Positions 20,505 to 28,772 of a stretch of DNA of 39,177 nt are shown here, in pieces. Both the position numbers and the translations under genes were made by a program. Source of the DNA: a virus (lineage: Duplodnaviria > Caudoviricetes). The stretch spans positions 1-39,177 of the IMG/VR virus record IMGVR_UViG_3300033155_001846; one strand, 5' to 3'. Position 1 is the stretch's first letter. The number at the start of each line of letters is the position of its first letter. Under the pieces are notes generated by a model. The model was not told where the DNA came from. It was given only the letters and a program-made list of their open reading frames with translations, and ran no database searches.

Positions 20505-22156
20505 TATGCTGGCCCCTCGACACCGGCTTCCTGTAATGATTGCGCGCCAGCGCCAACAGCTTGCATTGCCTGTCCCTGCATTCCTGCCTGCTCCAGTTGT
20601 TGTTGCTGTAATGCATCTTGCTTTTCAGCGTCAACCATTTCATCAACTTCTTCTTTAGAGCGAACAATCGTTGCAGGAACATTTGCCGCTTTCGCCATTT
20701 CGCGTCCGTAGTTTTGAGCATCAGGCAGCATCCTTAGTTCAGGATATAACTCGCCCAACTCAGCCATGTCTCTCATCCATTGCGACATAGCACCCAACAT
20801 ATCTGATTTTTGAGCGCGCCCCATCGGCCCAATGTATTCCACATCTAACTCAGCACTTTGTTCGGCTAATACATCAGGCATCGGGGGAAATTGTCCGGCA
20901 CGAAAAAGAATTTTAAACGTGCGCTCCAACATGGGGTTCAAGAAGTCAGTTTGCAGTCGTCCAAAAACAGGGCCGAGTAATCGCTGCATCAAATCGTAAC
21001 GTGCATTTACTTCTGTTGCGGTCATCGCAGGGCTTTCCTTCAGCTCTAGACGATCAACCAAGAACATACGATTAATATTCTGCCTTAGATCCATTATTAA
21101 TCCTTCAGCAACATCAAAACGCGCACCAGACTCATAGACTTTTGCGCCATTAATATCTCGAACAACCGTCAAGCCTCCGGCGCTTAAATCCAGATCAGAA
21201 AGAAGTCCGCGCTCTGTTACTAATGAAGGAGGATCAATCGCTTTTGCTGCTGCACTTAACCGCTGCTCAACCATTGTGTTTAACGTCATTACATCTGATA
21301 TCGCAATCGTACCTGCACCAAAACCCCACATAGAACCGGATGCTTTTTGATAACGGGGGAGATATGCTGGCATCTCGTAATAACCACCGACGTCACCTAT
21401 TTCATCGGCACTAGCATGAAGAATATATTTACTTTCAAACGGACGCTGTTCAGGCGTTAATAATGTAGATGTATTTGCTTTTTCTTTTCCTTTTCGAGGG
21501 TAGATAGCAAAAATAACAGTGTGTTTTTCATCAGCTTGTCCTGGTTGCTTCGCTTTTTCTTTTATATGATCTGGAACCTTCTCACCAAACTTCGTTAAGA
21601 TCTGTAATGCTGTCCACTGAAGACGACGGAAGAAATGTTCGATCTGACCTTTGTGATTCTGTTCAAAGTAAACCTCACGAATGGGGAGCGCAGAAAAATC
21701 AATCCCTTTCCATTCCACTTCGCTTTCTGCTTCCTCAATAATGCAGGAATTACCAAAACAAACTAAGTCCTGATATGACTCGTTTACTTCTAAGTTGAAA
21801 TCTGAGTCCTGTAGTGCATACCAGATTGTTTCAGCACATGATTGTAACCACTCAGTGGCCGCGTCTTCCAGATTCAAATTGTCATTGCGAAAACGTAGGC
21901 TGAACCATCGGGTACTTGGACTGGTTAATGCGCCATGAATTGAACTGGCCAATGTATTAGCTGCCAAAATAGCGGTTGAATCAAACACGTCCCTGCCCCG
22001 CCTCCAATCAATTTCATGCTCACTCGATTGATCTTGAAAAAACTTACCGCCTCTTAATGGGGTAATAAATTTCTCAATCAAATCCCAGTCTTGCTCAACC
22101 GTTTTTCTGATACTCCACAGTGCATCATAACGCTGCTTTATTTCTTGTGCGTTCAT
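20504..22156 (-). CDS. Portal (head-to-tail connector)
   Basis: FDSTAILAANTLAS, WFSL, DLVCFGN, MTATEV...LLGPVFGRLQTDFLNP, VEYIGPMGRAQK. Confidence 0.93.
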   Translation of the reverse strand: MNAQEIKQRYDALWSIRKTVEQDWDLIEKFITPLRGGKFFQDQSSEHEIDWRRGRDVFDSTAILAANTLASSIHGALTSPSTRWFSLRFRNDNLNLEDAATEWLQSCAETIWYALQDSDFNLEVNESYQDLVCFGNSCIIEEAESEVEWKGIDFSALPIREVYFEQNHKGQIEHFFRRLQWTALQILTKFGEKVPDHIKEKAKQPGQADEKHTVIFAIYPRKGKEKANTSTLLTPEQRPFESKYILHASADEIGDVGGYYEMPAYLPRYQKASGSMWGFGAGTIAISDVMTLNTMVEQRLSAAAKAIDPPSLVTERGLLSDLDLSAGGLTVVRDINGAKVYESGARFDVAEGLIMDLRQNINRMFLVDRLELKESPAMTATEVNARYDLMQRLLGPVFGRLQTDFLNPMLERTFKILFRAGQFPPMPDVLAEQSAELDVEYIGPMGRAQKSDMLGAMSQWMRDMAELGELYPELRMLPDAQNYGREMAKAANVPATIVRSKEEVDEMVDAEKQDALQQQQLEQAGMQGQAMQAVGAGAQSLQEAGVEGPA

Positions 22157-22271
22157 GACGCCCCCATTTGTCTCTTATGATAAATAAAATTTTTTCTTGC
22201 AATGGCTTCTTCTTTTTTTTTAATAAAATTAAAATCATCAGTCCGCGTTTTTCTATTTAAAGATCAAACGA

Positions 22272-23777
22272 CTAATGACATTGACGTTTTACTTTTGGTT
22301 TAAAATGTCGCCTATCCGGTCTCTCTGCATGACGAACACTCATCACGGCATAGCGAGTCGCCGCCATAATGTCGTCATCTTTATCGACGATCTTGTGATC
22401 CTTATGGTGGTAATTCCTGAACTCCTGAAACCACTCAGCTAGATGATCGAAAACTTTTAATCGCCCTTCCTTCATTCGTGTACTCATCTCTACCAAACCA
22501 GGCATAACCTGAATCCCGCCCATACCTTCTTCTTGCCCCTCCTTTGGTGGGTTGGTAAATTTATCTTTAAGCAGGTTGACTCCGTACATTCGGTATTGCC
22601 CCTGAATAGAATCCCCCATACCAAATTGTTTGTTTCCGTCGTGAGGCCATGCGATAGGGATTCGACCTCCGTCACGTTGATTAATGTAAGGAGCGATTTC
22701 GACAATCTCTCTTTTTTCGACACAAAGAACATCGTAAATATAAATAGTGGTTGTCTCTGGATCGACAGCAATCCAAACGACAGCGGTGGGATGGGTGTAG
22801 CCGAAATCTATGCCGGCAATTCGTGGCCAGTGGTCTTGTATCGGAAAAGCGGGAATTGAAATATCTTCTTGAGCATAAGGAAAAACCAGACCCGAACCCA
22901 AAACAGGTTCACCTTCTGACCGCATCTTTATTTCGTGCGGCATCATGGCTGTCATAGCGGCGGTAATTTTTTCTTCAGTTAAGTGACCTTCTGCGCCACT
23001 ACGTCTGAATTGTTTCTCAAATTGAACGGAGTATTTTCCTAAATCTAAAAAAAAGGTAGTGCCGGCGACATCTTTCCATCCGGCTTTATGCAATGACCAC
23101 GCAGAATCTTCTGCGTCCATTAATTTGACGACACCTGTCGTTCCGTTCTCAGGAGTAAAGGTCATGAGAATAACCCCACCTGTATCAACAACAGACCGAA
23201 TGGCTTGCGACATTATCTGCTCTGGTGGCTCTTCATCTAACCAGTTAATATCTGCCTTATGCCCCATCCATGTTTCTTTAGGCATGTCGTAAGCTAAAAG
23301 CGTTACTTTTGACCAGCCGCCTGAGACATGCTTAACCCAAACGTGATACTTGGCTTCGGGGACACCAGGTTTTCGCATGGCGTCACCGATCAAGTGTTTC
23401 GGTATCCAGCCTGTCCCCCATGATGCGTGAAAAGTGGGATCGCCAAATAAGGCGTTCTGAATAAGGTCACGGGTTTTTTCATTATTCTTACCAGCGGCCA
23501 CTACCTTCACCGGACTGGTGTAACGTCTGCCTTCCCACCAATCAGGGTAGAGACCTGTTGCGTGGTAAGCGACTTCCGCTCCACCACAATGAGTTTTACC
23601 GATACGATTCCCCGCTCTAAGGCAGCGGAACTTTCCTAAGTCATTATGAAATGAAATTTGGTATTGATACGGATCATAATGATCTATAGCGTTCGTTGAT
23701 TCGTGCTTTTCTAATTCCAGATACAGCTCATCTAAGTCAGATAACAAGCCTGAAATATCTGGAGCCGAGTTAGACAT
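22272..23777 (-). CDS. terL: Terminase large subunit (P22-like)
   Basis: Walker A AGNRIGKT, GLYPDWWEG, Walker B WLDEEPP, MTFTPENG; nuclease GIDFGYTHP, WPHDG, DDDIMAATRYA. Confidence 0.95.
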   Translation of the reverse strand: MSNSAPDISGLLSDLDELYLELEKHESTNAIDHYDPYQYQISFHNDLGKFRCLRAGNRIGKTHCGGAEVAYHATGLYPDWWEGRRYTSPVKVVAAGKNNEKTRDLIQNALFGDPTFHASWGTGWIPKHLIGDAMRKPGVPEAKYHVWVKHVSGGWSKVTLLAYDMPKETWMGHKADINWLDEEPPEQIMSQAIRSVVDTGGVILMTFTPENGTTGVVKLMDAEDSAWSLHKAGWKDVAGTTFFLDLGKYSVQFEKQFRRSGAEGHLTEEKITAAMTAMMPHEIKMRSEGEPVLGSGLVFPYAQEDISIPAFPIQDHWPRIAGIDFGYTHPTAVVWIAVDPETTTIYIYDVLCVEKREIVEIAPYINQRDGGRIPIAWPHDGNKQFGMGDSIQGQYRMYGVNLLKDKFTNPPKEGQEEGMGGIQVMPGLVEMSTRMKEGRLKVFDHLAEWFQEFRNYHHKDHKIVDKDDDIMAATRYAVMSVRHAERPDRRHFKPKVKRQCH

Positions 23778-23946
23778 ACGTCCTCCATAAAAAGATCAAA
23801 AAAAATGTAAATATTTTTTGGTGGGCGATATTCAATAAAAAAATAAAAAAAATAAGAAACTATTTGGTAAAAAAAAGAGTCTGAATTATTGCAACTAACG
23901 ATGCAAAAACACTCATCTATTTTTTTTAAGAGGTAGCCCCAAAAAA

Positions 23947-24186
23947 ATGAAAAACAAAACAGCAATATTAATTTCATCTATTGTTTTGTCAGTAGCAACT
24001 CTGTCACCAGCTGTCATGGCTCACAGATCAAAGAATGTCGATAAGAAGGAAACAATCACCGCCACAGAACTAGTCAATGAGATAAAACTGAATGACCGAG
24101 AAAAAAAAGAATCCCGTGAAGCCGACCCAATACAACCCGTTGAAGGTGCGGTCTCACAACACCGCTATGTACAGTTCCGACCATAA
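23947..24186 (+). CDS. Small secreted hypothetical protein (moron)
   Basis: Signal peptide MKNKTAILISSIVLSVATLSPAVMA; GAGG RBS. Confidence 0.65.
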   Translation: MKNKTAILISSIVLSVATLSPAVMAHRSKNVDKKETITATELVNEIKLNDREKKESREADPIQPVEGAVSQHRYVQFRP

Positions 24187-24201
24187 ACAGGAGAATTTAA
24201 A

Positions 24202-24489
24202 ATGAATAAAACATTAATAGTCGGAGCAGCCTTAACACTATTAGTTAGCACATCGGTTCCAGCGGACAATTGGACATCTCAATGGGAGCCAACAGACGAC
24301 TGGATAAGGATAGATAAGGGGGTGTTCCTGCAATTAGCTGGATGGAGAGAACAATGCACACAAAACTGTTATCCCGTCTTCCATACTCACCACAGGGAGG
24401 AAGTTGGTTTCTTTATCAATATAAAAACAAAGGAGTTGGCTAGTGTTAAAGAGGACAATGATCCATCAATAAGGTTCTTATCACAGTAA
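24202..24489 (+). CDS. Small secreted hypothetical protein (moron)
   Basis: Signal peptide MNKTLIVGAALTLLVSTSVPA; AGGAG RBS. Confidence 0.7.
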   Translation: MNKTLIVGAALTLLVSTSVPADNWTSQWEPTDDWIRIDKGVFLQLAGWREQCTQNCYPVFHTHHREEVGFFINIKTKELASVKEDNDPSIRFLSQ

Positions 24490-24503
24490 CGTAAACTCGT
24501 CAC

Positions 24504-24542
24504 TCTCCCAGTCATGATCATTAAAACTTCATGACTGAGAGA
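24504..24542. terminator. Stem-loop after the moron genes
   Basis: CAGTCATGA/TCATGACTG inverted repeat, extended by TCTC/GAGA; no clear U-tract. Confidence 0.5.
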
Positions 24543-25166
24543 TTAATTAACGCTTACTGCCTTTATCTAAAAAAAGAGAGACAAAAAACTGCGTTTGGTT
24601 TTTCCTAAAAAATGATAGGGGAAGCTAAGAGGGTTTCTGGGGTTAAGGGGGGTTTGGGGGGTACCCCTCCAATAGTAGACCACTAGCATTGCCTTTGATC
24701 TAAGCAAACATATAGTTTGCGTTTCCTTCTACCGTCAGTGGTAGCTACAGAGTTAATCAGATCCAGGCCTATTGGTGTTATCTACGAAGCAGGTTACGGA
24801 ATTTTTATATTCACAGATAAACGCATCTCTAGTCCGTTTGGTCTCCTGTCATACAGGCTCATTAGCTTTTATTTACTTATTATCTACACATTGATACAAC
24901 TATATTAATTAACATCTGGTTATTCTTTTTTATTGTCGTGTGAGTGAGTAAGCAGAATATGCCATGCCAGTACTTACCAGCTAATTAATAACTAAAAACA
25001 TAAATAGACAGATAATAGGCGCTACAGGAATAAATTAATTACTAGTATCAGGACAATAAAAAAACACAGTAAATGGATAGTCATACATTTTAGCCTATTC
25101 CATAATATTGTATAAAGAATACAATTATAAAATGAATACCAATGGATGCAGCACCTAAGTAAGTAA

Positions 25167-25676
25167 TCATATATTTTCTCCAGTTAGTTGGGATATTCTT
25201 AATTGTGTTCGTTTAATCTCTGCCCTTATGTCTATCCGGTTTCTGTCTGTTTGTTTGTTCGTGTCAGGTTTATTCTTTCCGGCATATTCTATTAATAAAC
25301 TCGCGCATTTAGCTCTTATGGCTGGAGCCGTATCTTCGTCTGCCGTTATTTGATATAAGACACTGTACCCCAGTGTAGCGCCATCCATTATTCGCTGATT
25401 CAATCGCGCTTCTATTTTATGCTGGAGCCTTCTATGTATCTCACCGGCTCGCTGTCTGGAAGTATCGCAGTCAACTCCTGCGGCTTTCGCGGCTTTCTCT
25501 AACGCCTTTGTTTTATTGCTGGGGTTATCTAAATAAATACTTATGTAGTGTTCGTCTAAACTCCCCGCGCTGATTCTTTTTTGTTTTTCTGCGGGGATCA
25601 ATTCACCAGTTATCACGTCATCGTCTGTAGTGTTCATAATGTTTTTTTTCGTCACAAAATAAGCGCAATTAATCAC
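25167..25676 (-). CDS. Putative terminase small subunit
   Basis: HTH-like N-terminal half (YLDNPSNKTKALEKA..AG), PAIRAKCASLLIEYAG helical motif; upstream of terL on the same strand; start uncertain. Confidence 0.5.
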   Translation of the reverse strand: MINCAYFVTKKNIMNTTDDDVITGELIPAEKQKRISAGSLDEHYISIYLDNPSNKTKALEKAAKAAGVDCDTSRQRAGEIHRRLQHKIEARLNQRIMDGATLGYSVLYQITADEDTAPAIRAKCASLLIEYAGKNKPDTNKQTDRNRIDIRAEIKRTQLRISQLTGENI

Positions 25677-25684
25677 ATATTGTG

Positions 25685-25713
25685 TTGTGTTACATGTACA
25701 CTTTTGTTATAAT
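25685..25713 (+). promoter_or_regulatory. Strong sigma70 promoter of the ardA operon with a spacer palindrome
   Basis: TTGTGT-17-TATAAT with extended TGn; near-palindrome GTGTTACATGTACAC at 25687-25701. Confidence 0.75.
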
Positions 25714-25742
25714 AAATTATGTTAAACAAAGAGGCTAAAAAC

Positions 25743-25946
25743 ATGAAATCAATACTTCCAATAGTTACTTTTCCGCAAGGTTACGAGACAGAATGCGAAG
25801 GCATTCTTCTATTCATTGACGCCAATCACTATGCACATATTTTGCACCTAGACGACATGACGATTTATGTCGGTGGTGAATGGCAAGTAAAAGAAACAAA
25901 TGATAGCTGCCCTGTCGAATACATCGACATAAAGGCCGCCGCTTAA
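25743..25946 (+). CDS. Small acidic hypothetical protein
   Basis: Start revised to ATG 25743 after the AAGAGG RBS. Confidence 0.7.
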   Translation: MKSILPIVTFPQGYETECEGILLFIDANHYAHILHLDDMTIYVGGEWQVKETNDSCPVEYIDIKAAA

Positions 25947-25995
25947 CGAGTATTTTTATTTTTTATTAACCGAGTTAAATCAAGAGGCTATTCTT

Positions 25996-26619
25996 ATGGA
26001 CACTCAAATATATATTGCAGATCTTGCCGCATATAACGCCGGTCGTCTTCGTGGACGCTGGATAGATGCAAACCAGACACCAGACGAATTAAGCGGCGCA
26101 GTTAAAAGTATGCTGCTTGAATCACCTGAGTCAAATATCCCCTGCACAGTCTGCAATGACTGCGGACACATTGAACATTACGCGACACTCCCACACAAAA
26201 AAGGTCTTTCATTAGCTCTCGTTAATGGCTGGGCTGATCACGACGCGAACACTTGCGACTATTGCGGCTCTTCAGATCTTCGTCAGACTGTAACGGCTGA
26301 AGAATTTGCTATTCATGACACTGATGGAATAGACGTGGAAGAATACACCAGTCTTGAGACAGTATCAGAACTTGCAGAACAGTTAGCCAACAATGGCGAC
26401 GCTTATCAAGCGTATATAGAACTGGTTGGTTCTGAATATGCAACCGCTGAAGGTTTCGAGAATCAATATATGGGTGAAGCCGACTCAGAAGAAAGTTTTG
26501 CTTATCAATACGCGGATGATTGCGGAATGGAAACAAGCAATTATTTCAACTGGGATCAATTCACCTATGAATTGTTCATGGATTATTCTTTCATCAACGG
26601 CCATGTTTTTTGTAGTTGA
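25996..26619 (+). CDS. ardA: Antirestriction protein ArdA with Cys-rich insertion
   Basis: IYIADLAAYNAGRLRGRWID, AEEFAIHD, YMGEADSEESFA, YFNWDQF..ELF; very acidic. Confidence 0.9.
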   Translation: MDTQIYIADLAAYNAGRLRGRWIDANQTPDELSGAVKSMLLESPESNIPCTVCNDCGHIEHYATLPHKKGLSLALVNGWADHDANTCDYCGSSDLRQTVTAEEFAIHDTDGIDVEEYTSLETVSELAEQLANNGDAYQAYIELVGSEYATAEGFENQYMGEADSEESFAYQYADDCGMETSNYFNWDQFTYELFMDYSFINGHVFCS

Positions 26620-26665
26620 TCAATTTAAGCCGGTTATTTTTTAGCCGGTTTATGTGGATCAACTA
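26613..26665 (+). other. Long intergenic hairpin
   Basis: TAGTTGATC/GATCAACTA outer stem plus TAAGCCGGTTA/TAGCCGGTTTA inner stem. Confidence 0.75.
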
Positions 26666-26681
26666 GAAAGAGGCTATTCCA

Positions 26682-26996
26682 ATGAGTTATAAAACCGAGT
26701 TCCCCGATTTTGATTATATTCCCTTGCTGGCGTTTCATGAAGGCTGGTATGACACCAGCTGGCACAATGACACCTGCCCTTCATTTGAGCGGTTAACATT
26801 AGATCAATTCACAATAAAAGTGTTTTTTGACTACAAAAATATAAAAAAAAGAGAAGTAGACAGTGGTGAAAAGTTCTACGTTGCTCTTTATGACAAAGAC
26901 AATGATTTTATAAAAGATCTTTTATTAACAGATTATGAAAATGAACTTCGTCTATTTTTAATTTCGATTGAATACACACGGAGCGCAGACTTATGA
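26682..26996 (+). CDS. Acidic hypothetical phage protein
   Basis: WYDTSWHNDTCPSF motif; AAGAGG RBS. Confidence 0.75.
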   Translation: MSYKTEFPDFDYIPLLAFHEGWYDTSWHNDTCPSFERLTLDQFTIKVFFDYKNIKKREVDSGEKFYVALYDKDNDFIKDLLLTDYENELRLFLISIEYTRSADL

Positions 26997-27220
26997 ATAT
27001 TTACGATCTTATTTATAACAGCTACGAGATAAATACCAAAGACTGCGATGAGGACGCAACCAATTACGCCAGAGGCACAGTGTTTAGTGAATATTCACTA
27101 AATAACGAAACAATCGGAATCTACAGACACGTCGATTCTGTTAATGGTGTTGATATCTATTACGACATCGCAGCTGATTACTATTTTTTCTCACCGACTG
27201 AAGAGGCTATTCAATCATGA
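26993..27220 (+). CDS. Very acidic, Tyr-rich hypothetical protein
   Basis: Translationally coupled at both ends (ATGA). Confidence 0.7.
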   Translation: MNIYDLIYNSYEINTKDCDEDATNYARGTVFSEYSLNNETIGIYRHVDSVNGVDIYYDIAADYYFFSPTEEAIQS

Positions 27221-27537
27221 AAATGAAACCATTAAAAAAATCCCAGCGTAAACTATGGACACCTGAAAACAATAGAGAGCTAGTTGACCTTTATAATAAA
27301 ATGTTAGCTCTTCAGCTGTCCGACACTAAATACTCAAAAGCGCCCCTTGTCCGTGCATTAGCCACGACTCAAGGTAGATCAAAAGGCTCTATTGAGTGCA
27401 AGCTAATGAATGTGTCAGCTATCCGTCAAAATCTGTTACAACTTCCGATAGTAAAAGGCTATAAGGCCTTAGATAATTACAATCATGACTTAGCTGAAAT
27501 GATATGCAATGATAACAATGTAGAATACGAACGTTAA
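27217..27537 (+). CDS. Stand-alone domain resembling the N-terminus of HNH/DUF3883-type restriction nucleases
   Basis: WT.E..ELV..Y..ML...YSKA...RSKGSIECKLMNVSAI...P.VKGYK...NY. Confidence 0.6.
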   Translation: MKMKPLKKSQRKLWTPENNRELVDLYNKMLALQLSDTKYSKAPLVRALATTQGRSKGSIECKLMNVSAIRQNLLQLPIVKGYKALDNYNHDLAEMICNDNNVEYER

Positions 27538-27542
27538 ACAAT

Positions 27543-27582
27543 AGCCGAAACGCCGTCATACGGTGCTTTCGGCTTTTTTTTT
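27543..27582 (+). terminator. Intrinsic terminator of the ardA operon
   Basis: AGCCGAAA-CGCCGT-CAT-ACGGTG-C-TTTCGGCT followed by a T-run. Confidence 0.85.
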
Positions 27583-27711
27583 GATCTTTTTTGTGTTTTT
27601 TTTGAAAGAAATAGAAAATTGCGAAGCTGGTGACACCTAAAAAGCATTAACCAGACTAGGCAAAATTGAATATAATAAAAACCAGGTTATCTGTCATTTA
27701 ATGTCAGGCAT

Positions 27712-27736
27712 AAAAAAAGGCTGGTTTCCCAGCCTT
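27712..27736 (-). terminator. Intrinsic terminator
   Basis: GGCTGG-GAAA-CCAGCC followed by T7 on the minus strand. Confidence 0.85.
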
Positions 27737-27779
27737 GATCCCCCAAGACAAAGAGGCTATTCCTTGAAACATTGGGGGT
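27712..27779 (-). ncRNA. Candidate multi-target antisense small RNA
   Basis: Own promoter and terminator; hairpin CCCCCAA/UUGGGGG plus CAAGGA/UCUUUG with loop AUAGCC; complementary to six RBS regions. Confidence 0.65.
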
Positions 27780-27783
27780 GATG

Positions 27784-27812
27784 ATTCTAACAAAGAGGCT
27801 GCGGTGAAACAA
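27784..27812 (-). promoter_or_regulatory. Putative promoter of the small RNA
   Basis: TTGTTT-17-TAGAAT with extended TGn. Confidence 0.6.
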
Positions 27813-28022
27813 ACTAATAAAACAAATATTGAGTTGCTTGAGATCAAGGAAGACAATGAATTGACTCAAGCGGATATTGCAGACATGTTGAGCATCTCAG
27901 TAAATACGGTAAAGAGTTATCTGTGTAACCCAGAATCAAGCAGGTATAGGGATTTTCCCCAGTCAAACCTGAAGCATTTAAAAATGGTAGTACAGTATGA
28001 ATTGTGGCAAAAAGACAACTAG
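27804..28022 (+). CDS. XRE-type HTH regulator
   Basis: LTQADIADMLSISVNTVKSY; GTG start after AAGAGG. Confidence 0.8.
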   Translation: MKQTNKTNIELLEIKEDNELTQADIADMLSISVNTVKSYLCNPESSRYRDFPQSNLKHLKMVVQYELWQKDN

Positions 28023-28031
28023 CTTACAGAT

Positions 28032-28040
28032 ATCATAACA
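28032..28040 (-). promoter_or_regulatory. Possible late (pR'-like) extended -10 promoter
   Basis: TGTTATGAT just downstream of the Q-like gene; weak -35. Confidence 0.4.
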
Positions 28041-28049
28041 AATAAATTG

Positions 28050-28078
28050 CATAAAGCGACAACTATTGTCGTTTTATG
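28050..28078. terminator. Hairpin between convergent genes
   Basis: CATAAAGCGACAA-CTA-TTGTCGTTTTATG. Confidence 0.55.
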
Positions 28079-28090
28079 TCGTATTACTTT

Positions 28091-28555
28091 TTAGCTCAAT
28101 TTATTCTTAATTGAGTGCAGCGCGCTCTCTTCGTATGCATTCATAATCTCAAACAGTCTTTTGTATTTATCCTTCCAGATCCTTGACCAGACTGATGGGT
28201 GAACACCAATAGCTTTAGCCCTACTCCTGTCATTAAATATTCTTGTTCCAGTATATTCACTGATGGAAAGATGAACCAGACAAGGTAATCTACGCCTTTT
28301 CCATTTTCCTTTCTGCGCCTCTTCTTTAATTCTATCAATCAATAAATCTCTTAGCTTTTCATAACCAGACTGGTCATCAGAGTATTTAATCAATACTAGG
28401 TGATAACCAATTCCATTAATGGATGCACAAGCATGAGAAAGGTCGGCTGCATTTACACCAGGTATTCCGCTCAACCTCATTGGCTGGCAAGATTGAGGGC
28501 TTAGTTTTGAGATTAACTCAGTCACCAGAATACTCCAAGAAGTGAGTGACATCAT
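28091..28555 (-). CDS. Putative antiterminator Q-like protein
   Basis: FNDRSRAKAIGVHPSVWSRIWKDKY C-terminal HTH; at the end of the nin-like region. Confidence 0.6.
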   Translation of the reverse strand: MMSLTSWSILVTELISKLSPQSCQPMRLSGIPGVNAADLSHACASINGIGYHLVLIKYSDDQSGYEKLRDLLIDRIKEEAQKGKWKRRRLPCLVHLSISEYTGTRIFNDRSRAKAIGVHPSVWSRIWKDKYKRLFEIMNAYEESALHSIKNKLS

Positions 28556-28763
28556 TTAATGCCTTGTTTCTGGTTGTTTCATCTGTCGCATTTTTTACAT
28601 CAAACAACAAATCGAGTGCGTTAATAATAATAAGATGATGTCTTTTTTTTGAAAGGTAAGGAAATTTATAATATAAACTACGGATGTCCGTCGAAACGGA
28701 GAAAAAATCATCGGCCATGTAAATGGAGTCAGGGGGGTCGATATCAATATCATGTCTTTTCAT
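28518..28763 (-). CDS. Hypothetical protein
   Basis: Start moved to MKRHDID because the track start lies within a terminator hairpin. Confidence 0.4.
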   Translation of the reverse strand: MKRHDIDIDPPDSIYMADDFFSVSTDIRSLYYKFPYLSKKRHHLIIINALDLLFDVKNATDETTRNKALNDVTHFLEYSGD

Positions 28764-28772
28764 TTTTAATAG

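Noticed and set aside
1844-23292. Numerous antisense or alternative-frame ORFs of 60-115 aa in the structural region
   Set aside because: Shadow ORFs of long genes with no motifs or RBS.
23732-24908. ORFs 23732-23977 (-) and 24717-24908 (+) as holins
   Set aside because: Their hydrophobicity comes from T-rich low-complexity DNA; no convincing start or RBS.
25726-27800. AAGAGGCTA repeats as a mini-CRISPR or attC-like cassette sites
   Set aside because: Only 11-14 nt, non-palindromic and always at the SD position; RNA-level targeting fits better, although a protein-binding site is not excluded.
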